Of a stretch of DNA of 64,000 nucleotides, positions 36,340-43,940 are shown in pieces. The DNA lies in NCBI GenBank assembly GCA_963813535.1, contig CAWEZH010000003.1, positions 832,001 to 896,000 of the forward strand, written 5' to 3'. The position numbers were made by a program, and so were the translations under genes. The notes under the pieces were generated by a model. The model did no database searches. It saw only the letters and a program-made list of their open reading frames with translations, and had not been told where the DNA came from. The DNA is from an uncultured Chloroflexia bacterium (lineage in GTDB: Bacteria; Chloroflexota; Limnocylindria; Limnocylindrales; CSP1-4). Positions within the stretch are counted from its first letter, which is position 1, and each line of letters opens with the position of its first letter.

Positions 36340-36368
36340 TTGCACTCACGACATGGTTCGGGTACGGT
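36340..36368 (+). promoter_or_regulatory. Putative sigma70 promoter upstream of the small RNA/ORF and smpB
   Basis: TTGCAC-N17-TACGGT. Confidence 0.55.
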
Positions 36369-36374
36369 TTCTTC

Positions 36375-36510
36375 GAACGAAAGGAGGTGATGTGCAGTGA
36401 TCGACAGTACGCGTAGCTGCACCACCTCGCAGGAGATGGCCGTCTAGTCGGACACCCTGTGGGTGGGTAAGCAACTCGAGCGCCGGTCCGCATAGGACCG
36501 GCGTTCGTGC
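36375..36510 (+). other. Candidate structured small RNA / leader with 16-codon ORF (36397-36447, MIDSTRSCTTSQEMAV)
   Basis: GAAAGGAGGTGAT SD; 13-bp stem 36384-36428 sequestering SD and start; 3' hairpin. Confidence 0.5.
36478..36506 (+). terminator. GC-rich hairpin, possible terminator or attenuator before smpB
   Basis: GAGCGCCGGTCC-GCATA-GGACCGGCGTTC, 12-bp stem; no long U tract. Confidence 0.5.
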
Positions 36511-36552
36511 GCACGGGACCTATCCTTCCGCCACGTCCGACAGGAGCCATCC

Positions 36553-37017
36553 ATGCGCGACGATTCGACCGTCGCCCTCAACCGAAAAGCGCGCCACGAG
36601 TTCACCATCGACGAGACGTTCGAGGCCGGGCTCGTGCTGACCGGCACCGAGATCAAGTCGGTCCGTGCGGGCAAGGTGAACATCGCCGGCGCATACGCCC
36701 GCATCGAGAAGGGTGAGGCGTGGCTGATCGGCGCCGACATCGCGCCGTTCGAGCAGGGCAATCGCTACAACCACGAGCCGAAGCGCAACCGGAAGCTGCT
36801 CCTGCATCGGCGCGAGATCGACGAGCTCCTGGGCCGCGCCCAGCAGAAGGGCCAGACGATCGTGCCGTTGCGGCTCTACCTGAGCCGAGGCAAGGCCAAG
36901 ATCGAGCTCGGTCTCGCGCGCGGGAAGCAGCTCCACGACCGGCGTCGCGACATCGCCGACCGTGACGCGAAGCGCGACATCGCCCGGGAGCTCGCCGACG
37001 TCCAGCGCGGTCGCTGA
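36553..37017 (+). CDS. smpB: SsrA-binding protein
   Basis: NRKARHEF, EAGLVLTGTEIKS, RKLLLH, GKQLHDRR. Confidence 0.97.
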   Translation: MRDDSTVALNRKARHEFTIDETFEAGLVLTGTEIKSVRAGKVNIAGAYARIEKGEAWLIGADIAPFEQGNRYNHEPKRNRKLLLHRREIDELLGRAQQKGQTIVPLRLYLSRGKAKIELGLARGKQLHDRRRDIADRDAKRDIARELADVQRGR

Positions 37018-37023
37018 ACCCGC

Positions 37024-38688
37024 TCAGCGGAGCAGGTAGCGACGACTCAGCGGGACCTCGGCGACCGGGGCCACCGCGAGCGGTCGCCCGTCCAGCGTGA
37101 CCGCGCCGTCGGTCGTGTCCACATCGATCGCCGCGGTCGCCCGATTGCGGACGAGCGACGCCCGCGTCAACCCACGCGTGTCTCGAACGGGGATCAGGGC
37201 ACGTCCGTGACGACGCAGCTCGGGTGAGCCGGTCGCCGAGCGCGACACGAAGGTCGCGGAGAGGGACGCGGCAGCCCGCGGCCGACCGCCCCAGTCCGGT
37301 CGATAGCGCGTCGGTTCCGACCGTTCGACCGTCGCGTTTCCCTCGCCGAGCGGCGCCCACGCGACCATACCGCCCTTGAGTACGAGGGCGGGTTTCACGC
37401 CGACGTAGGCGGGCTCCCACAGGGCGATGTCGGCCATCCGGCCCGCCTGGAGGGAGCCGACGTGGTCGGCGATCCCGTGCGTGATGGCCGGCTCGACCGT
37501 CACCTTGGCCAGGTAGCGCAGCACGCGCTCGGTAGCGTCGAACGGATCCGCCGCCGGCACCGTGCCTGACCATCCGCCCATCACGTGCGCAAGCTGGAGC
37601 GTCCGCCGGACCGTCTCCATCATCCGGCCCATGCCCTGCGAGTCGGAGTTGACGATGGCGATCGCGCCGAGCTCGTGGAGCGGGCCCTCGGCAGCCATGG
37701 TCGCCGGGTGGACGCGCTCGCGGACGAGCGCGACGTCCTCGGCGACACCATAGGACGCGCCATGGTTGAGCACGATCATCGGGACCTGTTCGGCGGCGGC
37801 ACTCACGCCGAACGGCACGGTCGGGGTCGTCGACGAGCAGATCACGTTCGGCTCGCGGACCAGGCCGATGACGTCGGGCACGTGGCCGCCCCCGCTTCCC
37901 TCGACATGGTAGGCATGGACGGTCCGTCCCGCGATCGCCGCCACCGTGTCCTCGAGCTCGGCGCTCTCGTGCAACCCGTCCGTGTGGAGCGACACGGACA
38001 CGTCGTGGGCGTCGGCGAATCGTAGGACATGATCGATGAGCTCCGGGTAGGCGCCGTAGTCCTCGTGGATCTTGAAACCGCAGGCGCCGGCGTCGAGCAG
38101 CGCCTCGAGCGGCCCGTCGTCCTCGGCGCGAGCGCATGCCTGGAGTCCGAGGTTGACCGGCCAGTCGCTGACCCCGGCCAAGGTCCGCGCCATCGCCCAC
38201 GGCGGTTCCTCGAAGCCCGCCGTGATCAACGTCGTCACGCCGGCGGACAGGGCGGCAGGCAGCAGTTCCGGCGAGATGAGGTGGACGTGGCTGTCGATGG
38301 CGCCCGGCGTGGCGATGAGCCCGTAGCCCATGATCGGCATGGTGTGCGGCCCGATCCGCAGGTCGATACCCTCGCTCAGCGTGTCGCTACCGGCCCGGCC
38401 CACGCCGACGATGCGCCCGTCCTTGATGCCGATGTCCGCCTTCACGACGCCGATGACCGGGTCGACGACGACGACACCCGCGACCAGCACGTCGAGCTCC
38501 GAATCGGACGCCCTGCCCTGGGTCGCGCGCGGGCGGATGGTCTTGGCGTACCCCCAGATCGGCTCATCGCCGTGGGCCTGGCGGTCCTCCGCCACGCGGA
38601 CCCAGAGGTCGGTGTCGCCGATACGGATCCGGTCGTCGACCGTCGGACCGTAGCGCGCGAGGCGCTCGGCTGGCGAGAGCGAGGTCAA
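37024..38688 (-). CDS. ureC: Divergent urease alpha-subunit-like metallo-amidohydrolase
   Basis: GPTVDDRIR, KADIGIKDG, DSHVH, KIHEDYG, LHTD, YHVEGSGGGH, SDSQGMGR; TTG start overlaps the upstream stop. Confidence 0.88.
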   Translation of the reverse strand: MTSLSPAERLARYGPTVDDRIRIGDTDLWVRVAEDRQAHGDEPIWGYAKTIRPRATQGRASDSELDVLVAGVVVVDPVIGVVKADIGIKDGRIVGVGRAGSDTLSEGIDLRIGPHTMPIMGYGLIATPGAIDSHVHLISPELLPAALSAGVTTLITAGFEEPPWAMARTLAGVSDWPVNLGLQACARAEDDGPLEALLDAGACGFKIHEDYGAYPELIDHVLRFADAHDVSVSLHTDGLHESAELEDTVAAIAGRTVHAYHVEGSGGGHVPDVIGLVREPNVICSSTTPTVPFGVSAAAEQVPMIVLNHGASYGVAEDVALVRERVHPATMAAEGPLHELGAIAIVNSDSQGMGRMMETVRRTLQLAHVMGGWSGTVPAADPFDATERVLRYLAKVTVEPAITHGIADHVGSLQAGRMADIALWEPAYVGVKPALVLKGGMVAWAPLGEGNATVERSEPTRYRPDWGGRPRAAASLSATFVSRSATGSPELRRHGRALIPVRDTRGLTRASLVRNRATAAIDVDTTDGAVTLDGRPLAVAPVAEVPLSRRYLLR

Positions 38689-39251
38689 CGGGTGCGCACC
38701 AGGCGAACGGTCCGCGTTTCGCCGGGTGCCCAACGCTCGGTCGAGCCAGCGTCGATGTCGAGGTGGCAGCCCATCGCCCTGACGCGATCGAACTCCAACC
38801 GTGGATTCACGCGTTCGAATGGGTAGTGGCTCGAGACGCGCACGACCCGTCGCGACGCATTCCGGACCTCGAGGTCGAGCCGCTCGCGGCCATCGGCGTC
38901 GTCGGTCCCGGGAGCTTGGCGGATGGCACCCGGGGCATCATCGTCGGATGGACCGAGCGGTGCGAGCAGATGCACGAGCCTGCTGCCGTCATCCATCAGC
39001 ACTTCGAGGCGGACCTCCGAAATCAGGGCGGCCACGCCCGGAAGGACTTGCTCGTGGCCCACGGCGCCATACCCGGCCGCCTCGACCTCCTCGTAGGTCG
39101 CGCCCGCACGCGCCGCCTCGAGCATCGCGTCGCAGATCAGCGCGATCGCCTCCGGGGCGTTGAGGAGGAGGCCACGATCCCTGTGGCGCCGCGCGAGTTC
39201 CGCCGCCGTGAAGATGAGGAGCCGCTCCTCCTCCCACGCCGTCAGTCTCAC
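38685..39251 (-). CDS. ureAB: Fused urease gamma/beta subunit-like protein
   Basis: RLTAWEEERLLI..LNAPEAIA..DGSRLV (gamma), then PGAI..VSSHYPF..LEFDR..LDIDAG..WAPGE (beta). Confidence 0.85.
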   Translation of the reverse strand: MRLTAWEEERLLIFTAAELARRHRDRGLLLNAPEAIALICDAMLEAARAGATYEEVEAAGYGAVGHEQVLPGVAALISEVRLEVLMDDGSRLVHLLAPLGPSDDDAPGAIRQAPGTDDADGRERLDLEVRNASRRVVRVSSHYPFERVNPRLEFDRVRAMGCHLDIDAGSTERWAPGETRTVRLVRTR

Positions 39252-40039
39252 GAGCCGGGTGTCGCCTCCGGTGTCGCGGGATCGCTCGCGATCGCCGGCC
39301 CGTCGTCCGGCCGGCGTCGAGCCAGCCAGAGGATCAGCAGGTTGAGCAGCGCGACGTAGCCCACGATGGCCAGCAGGGCGCCCGCCCCGAGCCACAGGAT
39401 GCCATCGACGCGCCCGTGCACGTCGGCGATGCGAAGCCGAAGATCGTCGACCGCGGCGCGCAGCGAGCGCGCCGTCTCGACCGACCGCGTCGCCGCGTCG
39501 CGCAGCGTCGTCGCCGCCGCGGTGACGTCTCCGGCCGTCGCGCGGGCAGCGCCACGCAGGGCCGTCAGTGCCCCATCGATGGCGACGAGCCGTTCGTTCG
39601 CCGTCGCGAGAGCGTCTGGTACCCCGGTGGGGGCCTCCATGCCGGGTATCAACCGCGCAGCGCCCTGCACGCTTTCCAGGGCCGACGATGCCCGCTCGCG
39701 TGCCGCGACGAACCGATCGCGAGCGATCGCGTAGGCGTCGACGACCGTCGAGATGCGGGCCGCCACCGCTGCCGGGATGGGCTGTGCCGCCGCCAGGACG
39801 CCCGACTCCGCGACCAGCTCGTCGAGCCGGCCGACGCCTTCGGACAGACGCGCGGATGCGTCGTCGACCGTGGCGAGTCCGTTGCCGATCGAGGTGTCGG
39901 CGGCCACGAACACGTCACCGACCGCGACCGCCACGAACGATCGTCCGAGGAGGATGGCGATGGCGAGCGCCAGGGACACGAGCAGCCCGGCGATCCCGAG
40001 CACCTGCAGCGATCTCGAGGTCCATCGTCCGAGCGCCAT
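39248..40039 (-). CDS. Hypothetical 2-TM protein with long Ala-rich helical/coiled-coil loop
   Basis: N- and C-terminal hydrophobic helices; GGAGGG RBS before ATG 40039; stop overlaps the ureAB GTG. Confidence 0.7.
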   Translation of the reverse strand: MALGRWTSRSLQVLGIAGLLVSLALAIAILLGRSFVAVAVGDVFVAADTSIGNGLATVDDASARLSEGVGRLDELVAESGVLAAAQPIPAAVAARISTVVDAYAIARDRFVAARERASSALESVQGAARLIPGMEAPTGVPDALATANERLVAIDGALTALRGAARATAGDVTAAATTLRDAATRSVETARSLRAAVDDLRLRIADVHGRVDGILWLGAGALLAIVGYVALLNLLILWLARRRPDDGPAIASDPATPEATPGS

Positions 40040-40167
40040 CAGCCAACCCTCCGCCCCCGCGTCCATGGGAGGGTACCCCGGCGGACGCCCGAGCATGTCG
40101 TTGCCCCGGACCGACGGCACGGATCGGCCGTTGGTCCGGGGCAAGAGCGTTCGGCCCGTGCTAGTCG

Positions 40168-40737
40168 TCAGCCCGGCGTGTCGAGACCCTCCTGGAGGTA
40201 CGCCTCGACGTCGGCGGCCGAGATGTCACGATCGAAGGTCAGCTCCAGGATCCGATCCTCGCCCATGGCATCGGCCGGTCCGGTGGGTGCGGGCTGGATG
40301 AGCAGGAATCGATAGCCGGCACCAGCCGGATCGACGTACAGCGCGAGCCCGTTGTCGATCGGGAAATCCGACCAGCTGAGGCGCAGCGTGTGCGGGTCGA
40401 GGTTCTCGACCTGGACGCTCCCGGCGGACACCGAGACGCCCTCGCCCGGGCGACCGGACGCTGCCCGCTCGATGGTCGCAGACCGATCGACGATGTCGAC
40501 ATACACGTCCTGCCCGGACGTGCTGTCGAGCTCGACGCGGATCGGCATCGCGTCCGTGCCCGGATCCTCGATCTCCGGGCTGGGCACGGGCGTGGCCGGC
40601 GGCGGCGTCGCGGGTGCCGGGACGGACGTCGGGGCGGACGCGCCGACGCCGGCGCTGCATGCCGCGATGAGGGCGGCGATGACGACGGCGCCGACGACCG
40701 GTGCGAACCGGCGGCGGGCCGTGGCGGTGGTGGACAT
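40168..40737 (-). CDS. Hypothetical lipoprotein
   Basis: RRR + hydrophobic + LIAAC lipobox, Pro-rich linker, beta-rich domain. Confidence 0.72.
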   Translation of the reverse strand: MSTTATARRRFAPVVGAVVIAALIAACSAGVGASAPTSVPAPATPPPATPVPSPEIEDPGTDAMPIRVELDSTSGQDVYVDIVDRSATIERAASGRPGEGVSVSAGSVQVENLDPHTLRLSWSDFPIDNGLALYVDPAGAGYRFLLIQPAPTGPADAMGEDRILELTFDRDISAADVEAYLQEGLDTPG

Positions 40738-40890
40738 GGCGGATGGTCCCTTTCGTGGTCCTGGTGGCGGCCGTCTCGACCGCCTGCACACGGGATGAGG
40801 GACCACGAGCCCGATCCCTTCGAAGATCCTCCGGGGAACCATCTCTTCAGGACGTCCGTCCATCCGCCCCTACGTCATCCGACGCAGCCA

Positions 40891-40919
40891 TTGGCCTTCG
40901 AGGCCGCTCGTGCTAGGAT
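40891..40919 (+). promoter_or_regulatory. Putative sigma70 promoter of ssrA
   Basis: TTGGCC-N17-TAGGAT with extended -10 TG. Confidence 0.6.
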
Positions 40920-40952
40920 TGACGTTCAAACCGAACCGACGTTCGGTCCTGT

Positions 40953-41328
40953 GGGGATGCGTGGTTTCGACAGGGCTTGGTTGTCGGAGAGTGCGAGCCG
41001 AGGATGCTGCTCAGGCCTCGTTAATCAGGCAGCAAAACGAAGTACCTGGCAACCGCCAGTCGACTCTCGCCCTCGCCGCTTAGGCGGTAAGGTGAGCGTG
41101 GAAGCGACCTCCGTCCCGCGGGTCGTGGAAGCGTCATGCAGCGGGGCTGCGATCCGGATGAGCGTCGCGTAGTCCGGAGTCAAGCCCGATCTAGGGGCAC
41201 GTGACTGGACCGTCCGGCAGGGTGCCGATGTCCGTCCGGGCGGTCGACGACAAACCATCGGACACGCTCGTAGTGGTCTCCGACGAAGGGTCTTGGACGG
41301 GGAGTTCGACTCTCCCCCATCTCCACCA
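40953..41328 (+). ncRNA. ssrA: tmRNA, tag peptide (A)GNRQSTLALAA at 41048-41083
   Basis: 5' GGGGATG..GGTTTCGAC; 3' TTCGACT loop and CATCTCCACCA; G3-U wobble; LAA-ending tag; smpB nearby. Confidence 0.96.
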
Positions 41329-41351
41329 ATCTTCCGGCGTGATCTCAGGAA

Positions 41352-42551
41352 TCACGCCATCCCGGCACCGTGGACGTCGGTGGCCGGATCCTTCGTCCGC
41401 CCGAACGCCACCAGCGCCGCAGCGCTGATCAGACAGAGCAGCGCGTTGCCGGCCATCGCGATCGGGAGTCCGACGGTGACCGACAGGAAGCCGATAGCCG
41501 GCGGATAGATGATCGATCCGACGACGGCGAACCCGACGAGGGTGCCGCCGACCGCGGCGGACCGTGCCGGGTAGCGCTCGCCGCCCAGGGCCACGATCAT
41601 CGGGAACACCGGACCCGACGCGACACCGGCGAGGCCGAACAGCGCGATCGAGAGCGGCAGCGTTGGAGCGGCGACGGCCAGCCCGGTGGCCAGTCCCATC
41701 AGCACGGCACACACGATCGTGAACCGCAGGTGGTCGAACCGGTCCGCGATCACGGAGGACAGCAGGCGACCGACCGTCGCTCCGGCCCAGATCAGAGAAA
41801 GCGCCAGCGTCGCGGTCGCGAGCGGTGCGGGCTCCAGGAACCGGACGACCCAGTTCGAGACGCCGATCTCGGCCGCGACATAGCTCGCGATCGCCAGGCC
41901 GAGGAGGACCAGGGGGACGGACAGCAACCGTCGGCCGATCGTCAGGCCGGTGGGGGACGGGACACCGGCCGGGTCACGTCGCCCGCTCGGCATCGGCACG
42001 ATCGCGTAGGCGATCGCCAGCCCCGCGAGTGGCGCGGCGGACAGCAGCATGATCGCTTCCCAGGTGACACCGGCCTCGACGGCGCGACCGACGACCAGCG
42101 GCGCGAGCAACGCGCCGACACTGAATGACACGTGCAGGAGATTCATCGCCCTGCCACGACCCTCGCGATAGACGTCCAGGACAAGACCGTTCGATCCCCC
42201 GTCCAGACAGCCGGCCCCGAGTCCAGCGGGGAGCATCGCCGCGACGAACAGCGGCCAGCTCGGGGCGAGCCCGAGGCCGGCGATGCCCACGCCGTGCAGG
42301 ACAGCCGCGCCCGCCAGGACCGTTCGTCGGCCGACCCGCTCCATGATCTGGCCACCCAGGATCGAGCCGGCGGCATAGGCGACCGCATACGCGAAGTACA
42401 CGACGCCGATGCCCGCGTCGTTCTGGTCGAACGCGTCCTTGATCGACCGGATCAGCGACGGGACCAGGAGACCCGTCCACCCGATGACCAGGAGGGTCAG
42501 GCTGCCGACGATGCCGGCCGCGAGTCGACGGTCGGGGGTCGTCAGGGTCAC
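41352..42551 (-). CDS. MFS transporter (TsgA/FucP-like)
   Basis: 12 hydrophobic segments, ERVGRR motif A, NLLHVSFSVGA. Confidence 0.88.
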   Translation of the reverse strand: MTLTTPDRRLAAGIVGSLTLLVIGWTGLLVPSLIRSIKDAFDQNDAGIGVVYFAYAVAYAAGSILGGQIMERVGRRTVLAGAAVLHGVGIAGLGLAPSWPLFVAAMLPAGLGAGCLDGGSNGLVLDVYREGRGRAMNLLHVSFSVGALLAPLVVGRAVEAGVTWEAIMLLSAAPLAGLAIAYAIVPMPSGRRDPAGVPSPTGLTIGRRLLSVPLVLLGLAIASYVAAEIGVSNWVVRFLEPAPLATATLALSLIWAGATVGRLLSSVIADRFDHLRFTIVCAVLMGLATGLAVAAPTLPLSIALFGLAGVASGPVFPMIVALGGERYPARSAAVGGTLVGFAVVGSIIYPPAIGFLSVTVGLPIAMAGNALLCLISAAALVAFGRTKDPATDVHGAGMA

Positions 42552-42647
42552 CCGACGATGCTATCGATGGCAGCCGGGCGATGGAGTCTCGTCCCGCACG
42601 ACGTACGCGGGTGGTGCTCTGCCGCGCCTTGGCCGACCGCAGTTCGA

Positions 42648-43790
42648 CTACCCGCGACCCGCGAGCACGCGCTCCATCACCGCCCGCGTCGGCGGCAGGC
42701 GGCTCATGATCGGTAGCCCGAGATCGCGAGCCGGGCCGAGCCAGCCACGACTCGACTGGAAGAACGGGCTCAGGGCGCGGCTGAGCAACGCATAGCGGAC
42801 GTTCTGGAACCACCGGCTCCGATCCCAGTGCGCGAGGGCGCTCGCCAGGTCGGGTGAGGCGCGCAACGACGCTGCGAGCGCGGCCGCGTCGAGCAGTGCG
42901 AGGTTGGCACCCTGGCCGAGGTGGGGCGGCGACGCGTGCGCCGCATCGCCGATGAGCACGATCCGGGACGTGTGGGTCCGTCGAACGGTGGCGTGGCCAT
43001 ACCGCGCCAGCAGGAGTCGGTCGAAGCTGCCGATGGCCTCGAACACCTCACCGGCTTCGGGCAGCACCGCACCGACGCGCCCGACCAGGTGCGGGAAGCC
43101 GGCCGTCCGCCACGACTCCAGGTCGCTCGCCCGGAGACCCCAGAACACGGCGGCCTCCCGAGGGCCGACGGGCAGGTGACCCGCAAGGAGACCCACGCCA
43201 CGCGCCTGCTGGTGGAGGACGTGCGCGCACGCGTCGGACGTCGGACCGATCCCCCACAGCGCCGCGAACGGTGACAGGACGAGTCGGGCGTCGGGGTCGA
43301 CGGACCGCCGTACGGCTGAGCGCATGCCGTCGGCTCCCACAAGCAGATCGCATGTGTCGAGCTCGGCGCCGCCGAACGCGACCGGTACGACGGCGTCGGG
43401 ACGCTCGCGGCCGCTGGCGATCCGGATGCCGGTCCCGATGCGAACGCCGGCGTCCAGGGCGGTCGCCTGCAGAGCCGTGAACAGTCGGCCGCGCGAGACC
43501 CCGAGGGCATGGGCCGCCGGGTCGCCTCGATCGTAGCGGAACTCCGACAGGATCCGCCCCGGAGCGGACTCGGCGCGGAAGCGCCGGATCGGCCAGGCCG
43601 ACGCCCTGACCTCGTCCAGGAGCCCGATCCCGGCCAGCACATCCTGGCCGGATGGCTGCAGCAGGAAGCCCGCACCGACCGGGCCGAGCGCCGCAGCCTG
43701 CTCGTAGACCGTCACCTCGTGGCCATCGCGTGCAAGGGCGATCGACAGGGCAGCGCCACCGATCCCGAACCCAGCGATCGCCACGCGCAT
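42648..43790 (-). CDS. FAD-dependent monooxygenase (UbiH/salicylate hydroxylase family)
   Basis: GFGIGG, GADGMRSAVR, LIGDAAH..P.LGQGANLA. Confidence 0.9.
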   Translation of the reverse strand: MRVAIAGFGIGGAALSIALARDGHEVTVYEQAAALGPVGAGFLLQPSGQDVLAGIGLLDEVRASAWPIRRFRAESAPGRILSEFRYDRGDPAAHALGVSRGRLFTALQATALDAGVRIGTGIRIASGRERPDAVVPVAFGGAELDTCDLLVGADGMRSAVRRSVDPDARLVLSPFAALWGIGPTSDACAHVLHQQARGVGLLAGHLPVGPREAAVFWGLRASDLESWRTAGFPHLVGRVGAVLPEAGEVFEAIGSFDRLLLARYGHATVRRTHTSRIVLIGDAAHASPPHLGQGANLALLDAAALAASLRASPDLASALAHWDRSRWFQNVRYALLSRALSPFFQSSRGWLGPARDLGLPIMSRLPPTRAVMERVLAGRG

Positions 43791-43940
43791 GGACGCGAAT
43801 CCTCATGTCGATTACCTGTTACTGAACGGTAGCACGATATCTGGTGAGCAGTGTCGGGTATCGTGAGGGAAGCCCACACGTCGTTCTGGCACGGACCCGC
43901 GCCAGTCCTGCGCACCACCCCCGTCCGACCGGGAAGAGCC

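Noticed and set aside
43791-43940. c-di-AMP riboswitch upstream of the cation antiporter
   Set aside because: Conserved ydaO motifs not found; only a short hairpin
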